Assembly: GCA_951406725.2 (NCBI GenBank)
Contig: OX597820.1
Span: 43,648,001-43,712,000, forward strand
Source of the DNA: Octopus vulgaris
Lineage: Eukaryota
DNA: 64,000 nt
Direction of reading: 5' to 3'
Under the pieces are notes generated by a model that worked only from the letters and a program-made list of their open reading frames with translations, was not told the DNA's origin and did not search any database. Below, piece by piece: positions 1 to 13,424 of the stretch (positions are counted from its first letter, which is position 1; each line of letters starts with the position of its first letter). Position numbers and translations under genes: made by a program.

Positions 1-297
1 TGGACGAAACACTCATGATTCCAGTGTTGAATTATTCAAACCTCAATGAATTTCTCGCAGCCCATGGCCATGATACTCTCTCACTACTCCTGCTCATGAT
101 TAAAGATGCAAATATATCGTCAACCACAAAAGAACATGCTCAGCTGGCTAAGGTCAAATAAGTGACAGGCAAATCTGTGGTTTTGAGCAGAATATTTGTT
201 GTGGTATCTTTTTGTACCAAGACAGAACACGTACATGTTTAACACTTCCAGTCAGTTAAGATCAGAAGCCATGAAAGTCACTGCCTGGTACTGTATA
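1..297. repeat. Dispersed repeat family D (unclassified), copy 1
   Basis: Similar to 51085-51240 in the same orientation and to the reverse complement of 58490-58780 (shared motifs catgctca(g/a)ctgg(c/t)taaggtcaa and ttaagatcagaagccatga). Confidence 0.75.
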
Positions 298-326
298 TAT
301 CACTATCACCATTATTATTATTATTG

Positions 327-1135
327 AAGACGTCGCACAGTATCTAATATCGTGATGCTGTTCATTGAAGGAATTACGTCTATCCGGGCTTTGTACTGTC
401 CGTCAAGTTACAACACGGATATCAGACAGACAGTACCGTACGCAATATGCGTGCAATTCCTAGTGATGCCGCTTCTAACAACACGCCTAGATTGTACGGT
501 ATTTCTAAAGTTTCCATATGTTTCTTTTTCAGAATGGGTGGGTAGTCCGATGACAATTGGAACGACATTTATGTTTGACTCTCGTAGCTGCCACATCTTA
601 GCGAGCTCAATTCTCTGGTCTCCATATTTATCAATCGTTTCTCCTTCTTTCATGATAATATGTTGTTCTCCCCTGGCACTGCCACGTCAATTATTCGGCA
701 CTCTTGTTTGCCTCTCCTAAATGTTACTATATCCAGCCTACGATGCTCCAACACCTTGTCTGCCTGGAAGTCAAATTACCAGAGGATTTTAGCCTTCCTC
801 TTTTCACCTATTACCTTTTTCGGTGTATGTTGGTACCAAGCACCCGTTACCCCGTATTTATACTTCTGGCATAGTAGCCAATGAAGGTTCGGGGCTACCT
901 TAACGTGTCTGCGCTTGTACTCTTTCTGCGCATGACTTTCACAAGCACTTATAATGTGAGTCACGTTTTCGACCCTCCTCTCTCACATTCGGCAGAGGTT
1001 CGTTGCACTTCAGTTGTATATATCCCTTTTCACTGCGTTGGTATTCAACGTCTGATCCTGGGCAGCGACGATTACGCGTTCAGTATTCTTCTTTAGGTCA
1101 CCCTTGCTGAGCCACCTCTATGATGCTTCCTGGTC
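327..1135 (-). mobile_element. R4/Dong-like non-LTR retrotransposon 3' fragment (CCHC knuckle + restriction-like endonuclease), decayed
   Basis: Minus-strand translation AAQDQTLNTN...CRM*...THIISACE...KRRH...HWLLC...WYQHTP...KILW then KYGDQRIELAKMW...VVPIVIG; ends next to an (ATT)n tract at 311-325. Confidence 0.85.
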
Positions 1136-1139
1136 TTTT

Positions 1140-2345
1140 TAGTTATTAGTTTATTAGCTCTATATTTGTAAAAGTTGGCTCCAAGTCTCACCTAGTGGAT
1201 ATAATTGCTTACTTTGTCATGTTTATATACATATTCATACTTGGCAAGGACTGGGCAGCCCGAGATGATGTAGTCAACTGTCTCATTGTATTAGTTGCAC
1301 ATTCTGCATTTGGTGATGAGGCCTGTTTTCATTATTTTGCTTTTATAATTGTTTTAGTCAATTTTATAATTGTTTTTAGTCTTGTACAGCGAGAATCAGT
1401 CCTTCCGTTCCGGCTTTTAGTCCAGAGCTTTTGAGACACTGTTGGTTTTTACTAAGACTCACTTTCTTGCTGTGAAGCCTTGCAAGGTACTGGCTATGAC
1501 GTGATTTTTCTCTCCATTTCTTCGTCAGTATCTTTTGTAATTCAATTTTCATATTTTCTTTTTGTCTCTCTGATCATTTCTGCTATGTTGTCATCTGAGA
1601 TTAATGTGTCAGTGTAGCTTGCTTCTGTCATGTATTTTGTCGCCACCTTGTTTATAGAGAAAAACAGTGGAGGCGCAATGGCCCAGTGGTTAGGGCAGCG
1701 GACTCGCGATCGTAGGATCGCGGTTTCGATTCCCAGACCGGGCGTTGTGAGTGTTTATTGAGCGAAAACACCTAAAGCTCCACGAGGCTCCGGCAGGGAT
1801 GGTGGTGATCCCTACTGTACTCTTTCACCACAACTTTCTCTCACTCTTATTTCCTGTTTCTGTTGTACCTGTATTTCAAAGGGCCGGCCTTGTCACTCTC
1901 TGTGTCACGCTGAATATCCCCGAGAACTACGTTAAGGGTACACGTGTCTGTGGAGTGCTCAGCCACTTACACGTTAATTTCACGAGCAGGCTGTTCCGTT
2001 GATCGGATCAACCGGAACCCTCGTCGTCGTAACCGACGGAGTGCTTCCATAGAGAGAAACGTTTTATTTTTCTCGTGTTGCTTTATTACATGCTGTATTC
2101 ATCCCCTCTTTCTTTCTAAGTACGTTGCTTGTCCAATAGTTTTTATTTCATAGTAGTTTTCTATCTGTATCAGGCCACAGCCTCTTTCTGAGCGGGGTAG
2201 ATATATTCTATCTGCGTCTGCTTTGGGGTGGTTACTTCGGTGCGCTGTTAATAGTTTTCTGATTTTTCTATTTGTGTTTCTCAATTCACTGATTTTCCAG
2301 CTTATTATGTTAAAGCTGTAATTTATGACTGGTATGGTTAGCATT
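1140..2345 (-). mobile_element. Second R4/Dong-like fragment (RT thumb to CCHC knuckle), interrupted by a SINE
   Basis: ORF 2099-2344 IPVINYSF..W...RKIRKLLT..HPKADADRIYLPRSERGCGL; then EGLILAVQD (~1390-1420) and KCRMCN*YNETVDYIISGCPVLAKYEY..KHDKV (~1210-1315). Confidence 0.85.
1666..2048 (+). mobile_element. tRNA-derived SINE family C, full length with TSD
   Basis: A-box-like TGGCCCAGTGG and B-box-like GGTTTCGATTCC; flanked by imperfect 12-bp TSD atagagaaaaac (1654-1665) / atagagagaaac (2049-2060); head shared with 41933-42232. Confidence 0.9.
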
Positions 2346-2542
2346 TGAAAATTTTCAAATCTACACGATTTAATTTTCTCAAATATTTTTATATCTAAAA
2401 ATATCTCGTGTAATAGTCTGAGCTCTTTTTAGAATTTAAGTAGCGAAAATATACAGAATTCGAAACATGCGACAATTAGATGAACACTGTAAGAGTTTGT
2501 TAGTGTTATATACTAATCTAGTAGATATATATCCCTGCCTCC

Positions 2543-3273
2543 TTTAGGCACAAGGTGGAGGGGGCCAGTTGATTGGACCGACCCCAGTACGCAACTGGCA
2601 TTTAATTTCTCGACACCGAAAGGATGAAAAGCAAAGTAGAATTTGAACTCAGAACGTAGCGTCTGACGAAATACCTATTTCTTTACTACCCACAAAGGGC
2701 TAAAGATAGAGGGGACAAACAAAGACAGACAAACTGATTAAGTCGATCATATCGACACCAGTGCGTAACCGGTACTTATTTAATCGAACCCGAAAGGATG
2801 AAAGGCAAGTCGACCTCGGCAGAATTTGAATTCACAACGTAGCGGCTGACGAAATACCTATTTCTTTACCACTCACAAGCGGCTAAACGCAGAGGGGACA
2901 AATACGGACAGACAAGCGGATTAAGTCGATTATATCGACCCCAGTGCGTAACTGGTACTTATTTAATCGATCCCAAAAGAATGAAAGGCAAAGTCGACCT
3001 CGGCGGAATTTGAACTCTAAACGTAGCGGCAAACGAAATACCTATTTCTTTATTGCCCACAAGAGGCTAAACAAAGAGGGGACAAACAAGGACAGACATA
3101 GGTATTAAGTCGATTACATCGACCCCAGTGCGTAACTGGTACTTAATTAATCGACCCCGAAAGGATGAAAGGCAAAGTCGACCTCGGCGGAATTTGAACT
3201 CACAACGTAACGCAGACGAAATACCGCTAAGCATTTCGCCCGGCGTGCTAACCATTCTGCCAGCTCGTTGCCT
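2543..3273 (-). mobile_element. tRNA-derived SINE family B, tetrameric copy (one head, four ~184-bp units, one tail)
   Basis: gaatttgaa anchors at 2639, 2822, 3006 and 3190 (period 183-184); head aggcaacgagctggcagaatggttagcacg on the minus strand at ~3273; core gcctttcatcctttcggggtcgat. Confidence 0.9.
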
Positions 3274-3699
3274 TCTACTTGATATATATCATTACTATAA
3301 TTCTCAAGATGACTATTTTGGGAATAAATTGAATAAAAATGTGTAGGAAAAGGAGAAAATCAGAATTAGAGACACAAATTATGCTGTGAATCTTGAAACT
3401 TGGTCTGAATGTGAAATAACTGATAAATTCAGTTCAATATTGTGTACTCGTGAACTATGAAATCCATGGAAATATTTCGCAAACTATTTTTGTATGACAG
3501 AAGATGATCGACTACATCCTAAGAATGATGATGAAAATTTATAAAGGCATTTTATCATTGATTTGCAAACTTCCTGTCTCCGAAATGGAACTTCCTTTCA
3601 TCAGCTTACGCCACTATAGCTTCCAGTTCGAGTGGCTTTCACAATGACAGTGAATACATCTCAATGTCAATCATTAAGCTATATATTTCTCTCCTTCTC

Positions 3700-3965
3700 A
3701 ACCGATATATGTGGGCATGAATAATTGTATGAATTGCTGTCAAGAACTACACCAGGAAGAAGCCATATCGCTGTCAGATCTGTGGTAAATATTTCAGTTT
3801 AGCAAGAGTCTTAACCACTTGCAAACATATTCATACCGAAGTAAAGCTATATTCTAGTCGTAGTAAATCCTTCACGCAAAGATTTAGCTTAACTATATAG
3901 ACATTAATATAGGAGAGAATCCATATCACTGCGGTGTAATATTCTCAGGAAATTATGACTTAACT
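3700..3965 (+). pseudogene. Decayed C2H2 zinc-finger array
   Basis: From 3751: TRKKPYRCQICGKYFSLARVLTTCKHIHTEVKLY..SKSFTQRFSLTI* then GENPYHCG.IFSGNYDLT; TGEKPY-type linkers with stops, frameshifts and lost Cys/His. Confidence 0.8.
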
Positions 3966-4949
3966 TCTCAATGTCATCGATATTGTGTGTAGCACTGGTG
4001 TTTGTATTGCATTAAAACATTTTTCAAGAGCTTTCATATTGGATATGTAAATTAGATAAAAGTTTATATTCATACATATGATTTAATATACACACTATTT
4101 ATTTAATATACTTACTGTTTATATACTTTTAAATAGTATGGTCATTATGCTAGTTCAAATCACAACGTGGTCGATTTGGCCTTTCATGATTTTAGTGGTC
4201 GATAAAATAAGTACTACTTGATCTAATTGAATTGCTCCGTTCTCGCAAAATTGCTTGTCATGTACCCTAATTAGGAAAGTCTAACCTAATAATTATATTC
4301 ATGGAATTATATTAGTAGTTAATCAGTGTAAATGTGAAATTGAAGAATATGTGTTTACATGGATTTAATATGGACGTTCAAGTTCTCAGAACTGTCTTCA
4401 AATAAGGCAGTCGATCATTACTTCAGCTATAAATATTATATAAGATAATTATGCACAGAAGGACTAAAGGAAGGAAAGCAACGAAAGGGATAACAGATCA
4501 TAGAGCAGACACTGGTAGTAGAGCGGGATGGGGAGTAGTTTCATAACATAAATGCACCTATCAGTTACAAATTTGTGAAAAATATTCACAGATTTTAAAA
4601 AATAAAACGACAATTTCAGCGGAAATCGATTTGTCTTTCATCTAGTCAAGGTTCATAAAATAAGTATCACTCAATGTAAACGACTTGCCCCTCACCTGAA
4701 AATTGTTTGTCTTCTGCCTAAATTAGGTAATCCTGTTTGGAATAATATTAACAGTTTCTCCGTAGAAATATAATTTTGAGGATATGTGGTTGTGCTTTGA
4801 AAATTATAAGCACAGATTCTAACATTAAATCTGATTTAAAAGTTATAGTATAGCAACAACCCACAAAAATTCATATGAAAAAAATATTCTGACAAATAAC
4901 TTGCCATCAAACCATGAAGCGAAAGTGTACTTACAAACATAAGTGTACT

Positions 4950-6050
4950 TGCAAACATAGGAAGTAGTAGCTACACAGTCACTGCTGATCCCTCGCAACA
5001 AACGAGGTTTTAGACTTAAGCACGGCCCCACCAAAGCAACAATTTGGGTATAGGAATGTGACGGAGAGATAATGCCCTGCCCACAAATTTTATGTCCAAG
5101 AGGTATGGAGAATGTTAAACAAATTACCATATATATTACTTACGATTATGGAGGGATGCTTTTTGGATGCCATTCAGAAACGATTGTTTTGGGGATATAT
5201 CATTGTCCTGTGGGGGACGTAAAATGTAAAGTAGTATCTGTCTGATTTTCATAAAAAACACAAGTTCAAGTGAAATATTGAAATTGACACCTACCTTATG
5301 GGCTAGTCTGAAGGACAAAGTGCTGTGTTACACAGCGACGGTAGTTAGTGTGTTCACATTAACATTGAAGACAGTCTCACATTTGTAATGCAATATAAGA
5401 TAGTTGATACACTCTGTGGAGGTGACAAAGAATGCAATGTAGTCAAAAGAATCTATATCGACAAGTAAGTGTCTTTCAACTCTTTGAAACGTATCGACCA
5501 TCCAGAGCATTATCCTGTTGTGGGTTAAGAAATTAATAAGATTGATGGTGCATCGAAAATATCTAGTTATTACAGTTGTGTTAACAAGATCATCCATGCT
5601 ATTCTTACGCTCTGAAGGTCAGGGAAAGCGAAAACAAGGCAGCGTGAAGGAACTCGCACCACAGTCCAGACCATAAACGGTCACAGTTTCGGAAAACGTA
5701 GAAGAAACCGCGTACTAGTTCCTCGAAACTAGCGACAAAATTCCCATATTAGAATATATGCCAAAAAAACTACAACTTTTGTTAGTAATAGTTCCACACC
5801 GAATCATGTGTACGCCCTTGTAGGCTATCAAAAATATCAATCATATCCTTGAAACATCAGAAAAGAGAGAACATATTGTACATGGAGTGAAATAGTATAA
5901 ACGAACATTTATTTACGAAAGAACAAAACCATTCTGTTACCGTTACAATTCTACTTGACTTAACCTGATGAAGCAAGATGTAATGGAACCTTAACAAAGA
6001 CGGTGTGTGTGTGTGTAATCCACTTGTGCAGTTAATTCCTTAATTGAAAG
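4950..6050 (+). mobile_element. Possible highly decayed DNA transposase relic (piggyBac-like)
   Basis: Scattered motif remnants in expected order across frames (P.K...W..CD ~5030-5065, CG(T) ~5210, KDK.V ~5310, GG.DK ~5420, Cys-rich end ~6000); no continuous frame. Confidence 0.25.
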
Positions 6051-6544
6051 CAGGGAAAATTTAAAGCAGCAATTTTTGATGACAGGTTTGTTAAATTTTC
6101 AAGATGCATTGGACATTAAGGAAAGATGTGCATGGTCGTTATATGTGCAAGTTGAAAAAAAACCTTTCCTTGGCAACCATATGACATACACCCACACTTA
6201 GTTAATAAGGTACATTATGCCTAATTTGAATAAAACTTGGCTAAACATTAGCAACATAGTCCACTAGTTATCTTCCAAAGCTTAGACTGGCTTCTAGAAA
6301 AGATTGCTGATTTAAGGGAAAGAAAAGTAGAAATACTTATTAAGGTCATAAAAGACAATCGAGGTAAGAGGGAAGCTGAGATACACACATGAACGCAGGT
6401 TACTGCTGTAACCATCCACAAAGACTATCCTGGTAAGTCTCAAACTTGAATTTCCAATAACAGAACTTAATGTTAGTAATACGTGAATGACTTATCAGCG
6501 AATAGTTATTAATTACATTAGCATTTCTTGTATTTAAGACTCAA

Positions 6545-6715
6545 GCCCAACGAATTTGAGAGGAGGTACTTGATGCCATACACCTCTGTTTTTGTCTGGT
6601 ACTGTATTTTATGGACCCAGATCGGATGAAAGGCAAAGTTGACTTAGGCGACGTTTGAAATCAGAAATACAACAAAGCATTTTTATGGCGCTCAAACAAT
6701 TCTACTGCCTTTCTA
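6545..6715 (-). mobile_element. SINE family B, diverged monomer
   Basis: ggatgaaaggcaaagttgacttaggcgacgtttgaa matches the family B core on the reverse strand. Confidence 0.7.
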
Positions 6716-7439
6716 ATAGAATATCATTGTCGTTTTTGTATCGAAATAGCACATAATTAATTAATTAGCGCTTATAGTGCAGAAGCGATGCCAATTGTTA
6801 ATCAGTACCACAAATATCCCATGAACAAGTTTAACGTCAAAGGCACCGAAATGTTTGAAGGCCATGCAACATGTTTACAGCATTTTATGTTAGTTTCTAC
6901 CCGACCCAATATCGAAATCTGTGTCCCTAAAGTGTAATTTGCGTTGTCTTTTTGAATGAAGAATTGTGTTCATATATTACATTGAGATTTGTTTTATTGA
7001 TTGTATTTTATGTCGTTGATTTTTATTCTAATATTTCGTTTGTTATGCAGAGTACGTACATTATTGAGTTATATTATTTTCTCAGCTGGACATTGTGTTC
7101 CACTTTGTGTTCCGCATATGCTGTGTGATCGATGTTTTATCTATTTATTTTGAATGGTGAATCTTTAGAGAATGTATGGAGTGGGTTGCAATTGAGTGGC
7201 AACCATTGCAAAGCGAGTGGTTTGTGTTCTTGTTCATTGCTCGGTATTGAATGTAAAAGGAGATGTGGGGATTCTGTTGGATACCTGAGTGTCTGTGATG
7301 TGCTATTTCCATAGATGGAAATTCCATAGACTGTGTCATGACAATCATTGCGTGGGTGTGATAGTCTCCCTCAAATAATCAATTCAATTAGAGATGACTT
7401 TCGTAGAATTTGAGAATTTGAGATACCGGGCTCTCTCTT

Positions 7440-7720
7440 AGAGTGTATGTAAGGACCATGGTCTATAGTTTCTTTGACTATCATTGGTATTGTTTCTACT
7501 TTCATATCCACCTTCTGTTTATTTCAATTACAAGATATTTGTACTCTTCACCACCCTCCGGCAATGTTTTCTCCGAAAAGAATCATATTGTTTCTCAGAG
7601 AAAATATACTTCCTTCCCAATTCTTAATAGTTAAATTTGGATGATTTGCCTTGAACTACTTGTGAATCTGGTGTATTATGTACCAGATATTGGTAACCAA
7701 CCCGCCTTCAAGTGTATTAC
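7440..7720 (-). mobile_element. Old R4/Dong-like 3' relic
   Basis: Reverse strand gives NIWY..., EEYKYLVIEINRRW (frameshift) MKVETIPMIV, matching KYKDLEIEVTRMWNLKTETIPIIV of the 60.8-kb copy. Confidence 0.65.
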
Positions 7721-7899
7721 ATCAAGCTGCCAGCATTATTTCTAAACTATTTATTTAGCTGCAGACTTGATCATGTCTGTGAATATACCGAGACATTGAA
7801 TGGGCTATGCAATCTGACGAAATAAGGCTTTCGAGTTCCGTCCTTACTACTGTACTTCGCCTTTCTTCTACCCCCGAATGTCTTCAGGTCTTGTGAACC

Positions 7900-8089
7900 A
7901 TTATTATAATTATTGTTGTAGTTGCTGCTGTTGTCATAGTTATTGCTACTGCTGCTGCTGCTAATGATGATGATGATGATGACGATGATGATGATGATGA
8001 TGATGATGATGGTAGTGGTGGTCGTGGTGGTGGTGATGGTGATGATGATGGCAGTGATGATAATGACGATATTGATGATGATGATTATA

Positions 8090-8127
<38 letters not shown>

Positions 8128-8166
8128 GATGATGGCGATGATGATGATGAGGATGATGATGATAGC

Positions 8167-8206
<40 letters not shown>

Positions 8207-8259
8207 GTAATGGTGATGATATTGGCGATGATGATAATGACAACGACGACGACGACGAC

Positions 8260-8304
<45 letters not shown>

Positions 8305-8305
8305 A
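7900..8305. repeat. Compound (GAT)n/(GGT)n/(GAC)n trinucleotide microsatellite
   Basis: Direct reading; explains the poly-Met and poly-Ile ORFs. Confidence 0.98.
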
Positions 8306-10699
8306 TTAAATAGTCTTCTCAATTTTGGGGGGTCTTGTAGTATTACATATGAAATATATTCCAAAAAAATATGAGAACCAAAGGTCGATCAGTTTTTATT
8401 GTGGGGGAACAATTAAAGCTCTTCGGAGAGCGTTTGATTTATCCGGTTTGTCTCAGAAGATAATCGTTCCCACATAAATAATGAGGTAACAAAATATATC
8501 ACAGTTATTCAAACGCCCATTGTGTACTCACACTAAATTATTACATCATGATACATATCAGTATCAATAGAAGGAGTGTTAACAGCATTAGCCGATAGTC
8601 TAGCATGCACCTCATCCATCATGCACAAATAGATTGAAGCGAACGCGATCACGATTCACTTTTATGTGTCAAATTGTCACAGATCAGAAGTTTATGTTAA
8701 GACAATTTCCAATAAGTATTAACAATATTAAATTTCCATTTCATATGTGCCGACACCTTTTCCACTGACGACGAAAGTGAAGGAAGCAAAACGCAATAGA
8801 ATTGAAGAATGCATTCGCTTGCAAGGAGCAATACAAGTGACCAAAATGTGTTGAGCAATCCTAAATCTATGTTGACACATTGGTAGACCACTAGAATACG
8901 ATGTCAAACTCAGTCTTCCTTTAGCCATCTAAATGGTCAATATAACTATGATAAGGGTGTTAAAGAAAACTACCGAAAACAGAGAAAATAGAGTTCAGAA
9001 AAATATTCATTGTACATTTTAAGTTGTTTTACTCCACTAGCTTTAGCCATGCTCCACAAATAACTAAATCTCTGAAATTTGCTGCAAGATCAAGGATCCA
9101 AACGTAATGATCTCAAACCCTATATCCTGAAAATTTAATTTTCGCCTTCATAATTCAATTATGAACTGATGATGTTTCTCTACAACTTACAAATGTGACT
9201 AACAGAGGAATATTCTACCTACATAAGAATCGGTTTGGTTACTATGCACAAAAGACATTCTAGACTGTATTTAACAAGAAATCCATTTGACTGACTTGTA
9301 TAGGGTATATACCCAACACATGTAACATGTAGTTAAAATAATCATTCACCAACGTATTTGAACTTCGTCAGTGTTCTCACGTTTATACAGCAGATTTCTA
9401 TATCCACGCTGCAATTGCTATACCCCATTTCCACAGAAATTCATGCTTCACCTCATCCCTACCCTCTCTCCAATACCGTAATCATTTGTTTTTGTCAACT
9501 CTGTCATTCTTAAATTTTCAATACATTTGATCAATCACTCCAAAGACGATTCTTCTGCACTAAACAACTTACGAAACTTCAATTGGGCTAATTTAGTCAA
9601 CTTGAAGTTTCGTAATAAGCATAAATTATCATTTATTGAAAATTGAACCAAAGTCTACGTAACCTCGTTCAATCAGCTATTGTTTGTAGACCAGAGAGTG
9701 ATCACTTCTCTATTAGATATAGTGAAAAAGGATGTCCGTTAACACGTTCCACGAACTCATCAGATTTTCCTTCTGATATGGTATACTCGTTAGCATTGCA
9801 AGCAGATAGACGTGGGGGACCTCACTACAAGAAAAAAGAAGACATGTTTACTGCAACAGCTTTTGATTGGTTAACTTATGGTACGTAACAGAAATTAAAT
9901 AGAAACAAAGTGTAATGCACCCCGTTTGATTAGTTCCAATGTTAGACGTGAGATACGTCAAGATTCATTATTCGCTACTGCGGTAGTTGGACCGGATCGT
10001 TTAGCATACCTTGCAGCATCCGGCAATTCTTCAGGCTCAAATATCATGGTTACTACATAAGGAAATTTGAGAGAGAAAAAATAAGAGAAAATGTAATATG
10101 TTTTAAGGAAAAGGAAGAAATCCCCGTCGTAGAATCAAGTTTAAGTACCTTTAACCCGTTAAGTGAATAATAATGTTGAATGTTTACATCCAAAAACAAT
10201 GCCTAATAGGAGTAAAATGCGGGCAAAAGTAAAGTAAACTGTGTTTAATGCAGTGAGTCCTCCAGTTCGATAACAGAAATTTGCCGAGATGAATGTCTCT
10301 TGTAAAAACCTCTAACTGGTTTTTCAATGCAATAAAATTGTGTGTTATTACACTTATGGCCTATATATCTGTACCGTACCAGATGCCGCAGATTTAGGAA
10401 GGTTCCCAGGAACATCTATTGAAGATGTTCTTATATTTTAATCTAAATGGGAAATTATTATCATTCAGGTTTAAGCATTTTGTAAAAGGGAACTGTTTAT
10501 CATTCAAGACTAGGAATGTTCTACGTACGTCAATGCAAACATTCAAGGAGAAACGGGAGCAAATTATAAAAATCACCTAGATTTATATATTTGTGTAGCT
10601 GGCGTGTACGATATCTCCTCCTAAAGGCAGAAGATATCGTAGGGAGGGAGATTAGTTAGAAATCCCAAAACTAATGTTACATATAATGTTATTTGAAAG

Positions 10700-11080
10700 T
10701 TATAAGGACGTAGGTCTCTTTGCGTATATACTTAATGTGAAAAACATCATTTCATATAAGACAACTAAGAAGCCAAGTCCAAACTGCAACTTCAGGAACT
10801 AATATACGTTTTCTTGAGACCAGCGTGCATCGTTAGCTCGTTCGTCTACGAAGCCAATGCTGCCACCATTGAATCAAATAAGAGAACCGGAATATAAAGA
10901 TATATATAGGAGTATGCAAAAGTGTCTTCGAAGCACGTACGCAAATCACAAGTCACTTTTCAAATAAGGAGTCAAAAGAACAACAATGTTAGCTAGCCAT
11001 ATTTGGAGCACGAATGACAGCAATATAGCATACACCATCAACTGGACCATTTATCGAAAGACGTGGGCCAATCATTGACA
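10700..11080 (+). mobile_element. Penelope-like element GIY-YIG endonuclease relic
   Basis: Across frameshifts: NCNFRN, CIVSSFVYEA, KIYIGVCKSVFEAR (YIG at 10903-10911), YANHKSLFK*...TMLASHIWSTNDSNIAYTINWTI. Confidence 0.8.
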
Positions 11081-12527
11081 TGTCACAAAAACCCCAGTTT
11101 AGACATACATTTTGTCGCACTTTAACCTTTTTCTATCCGGCTAGAATATAATTCATATAACGAGTTAAAGAGACATAACCAAGATTCTCTGAACATACTT
11201 ATTCTTTTCACGTAGAACATATTTTAACAATTTCTCTCTATTTTTGCCGTAACATTTTTCACTCTCTTTATTTCTGGCATTTGCTCACGAACTACTTATG
11301 TTATCTGAGCTGGAACTATGACCTCATTGTTCACGGTACGCTATAAGTACCATTACAATTACTGCGTTATCTAAACGCGAAAATTAAAGTAGCACACGTA
11401 TAACTACTGCATTCACTAATTGATATCCATCTCTTGCTGGAACGAGTACTTATTTGCTGATCCTAACAGCAAGCTAACAGTACACTATGGATGAGTGTGT
11501 ATGAGTGTGTGTGGCTGTATGTGTATTTCGTGTGAGAGAGGAATTGAGGATGAAATACATATGACTGCACGTGCGCACGTATGTATACGCATATAAATAT
11601 ATAGGATGTATGTCTGTGTGTGCATGCTCTGTGTGTTTGTATACATGCACACTAACAAATACATGCGTATGTGTATATGTGTGTGTATGTGCGTGTGTAT
11701 GTGTGCCTGCATGTGTGTGTACGTATGCATGCATGTATATCTATATCTATAACTATATATATATATATATAGGTTCAGTTACGTGGAAAGTACAAGTGTT
11801 GTTGACATGCTAACGACTAATTTCGAAATTAGAGTTAATAAATAAAAATAATGAATAAATAAGAAAAAAGATATATACGAATAAAAAAAAACTAATTATT
11901 TTAAGAAATAAAAGAATGCAATTAAAGATATTACATTATATCATTGCTGATTTCTCAACAGACTGGAATTTTGAAAGAAAGTTCTGGAGGTTATTGTATT
12001 ATGATATGTCAGGAAGTTACCAAATAGATGAAGTTAGGTAGACAGATAGGAAGATGCTCAGAAAAGAAAGAAAATACACGAAGTTTATGTACAGAAAAAT
12101 GAACACGTTGACAGGAACGGTGTGTATTTTACTATTTCGTGTTTTTCTTTTTTGATTTTTCAGTTTTCAATGCAAATTTCTTCCAAGATATTCGTATTAT
12201 TATTTTTTTTTTATTGTTTTAGTTTATTTGTCCTATTCTGTTTTATATCATTCTATTCCATTTCAATATATTGTCGGGAACGTAAAGCGTAATATATGAA
12301 TAATGAATAAATATTATTTCTTTTTTTAAAAAAAATGTGAAGAGAAGAGAGCAATCAAATACAACTTTTTTTTTAATTTTCATTGTCTTGTAGAGATAAA
12401 ACTAAAAAAAAAAGATATCTTATTAATTTATTAAATTATTCCTAGACGGAAAAAATAAAGAAAGAATGTGAATTATTATAATTTTATTGATTTTAGTCTT
12501 AAACTTTTGCTCTATCCTTCTATTGTT

Positions 12528-12560
<33 letters not shown>

Positions 12561-13424
12561 TACGTAAGCGGTATAGAGCTGGAATCCACTTCATAACAAG
12601 CCAATATAAGTGAGAGCTTTTGAATCTTAATTGTCAGTAGATCACATTCACAAGCTGAGATCACTAACTCTGCACGCATCTCATATTACTCAGGTGATAT
12701 TTTTGGTTTTGTTATTAGTTTCAAGATTCCAACGCTATCGCTGTCTCATCTCCGTGCCTTCTCTTTTTAAAAGCATTAAGTAATTTGGACGAAGGAGCTA
12801 GTCTCTTTTACATCCCTTGGTTTGTTAGAAACACCAGTCAAAACTCTTGTTGAGCTAGTTTCATTTTGATCTCTCGTTTTTTTACATACAGCAGTCAAAT
12901 CTCTTACAAATTACATCATAGAGTCTTAAAAAAGTCAAGATGCATTGAATAATGTTATGGACACACTGTGTCTGAAGAAAAGCCGATATGTTCACGGTGA
13001 AGATATATTTCAACATAAATTTGCTGTTTCATATCTTACGTAAGGACTTATTCATTAACAACATAACTATTTTGTGCATAAATAAAGGATTCATTGGTAG
13101 ATCCTTATGCACAAACTATGTTTTTTTCCGAGACAAAATATCGATAGGATAACCCCAATAAGTTTTATTGTTTTCGTTAATGCAAGAGTATTGACTGACG
13201 TTGATAAATAGGTAAAGAAGCTGTTCAAATACACAGCGTTCTTTAATCACTTACCTTTATATAATTAGTTTAAAGCTCATTAAAGATTAAACTAGATAAA
13301 AAATAAAAATTGCCAAATCAAGAGAACTGCGTGTCTGCATCAGTGAGCGTAATCTAGAGAAGTAAAATAAAAAAAAAAAACGTGTGTGTATTGGGGGTAT
13401 ATGTTTGTATATATATATATATAT

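Noticed and set aside
1666-1745. tRNA gene (also SINE heads at 41933, 55250-55325, 61801)
   Set aside because: A and B boxes are present, but there is no acceptor stem or terminator and the sequence continues into SINE bodies.
2543-3273. Regularly spaced repeats resembling a CRISPR array or retrozyme tandem
   Set aside because: The whole 184-bp unit is repeated with no unique spacers, there are no cas genes, and the unit is part of a dispersed SINE. The ctgacgaaa string lacks stem II and a separate GAAA, so it is not a hammerhead.
7771-8374. Long poly-Ile/poly-Met ORFs (also 15334-15765, 18603-19250, 28915-29514, 43077-43858, 60265-60666)
   Set aside because: Stop-free translations of microsatellites with no domain content.
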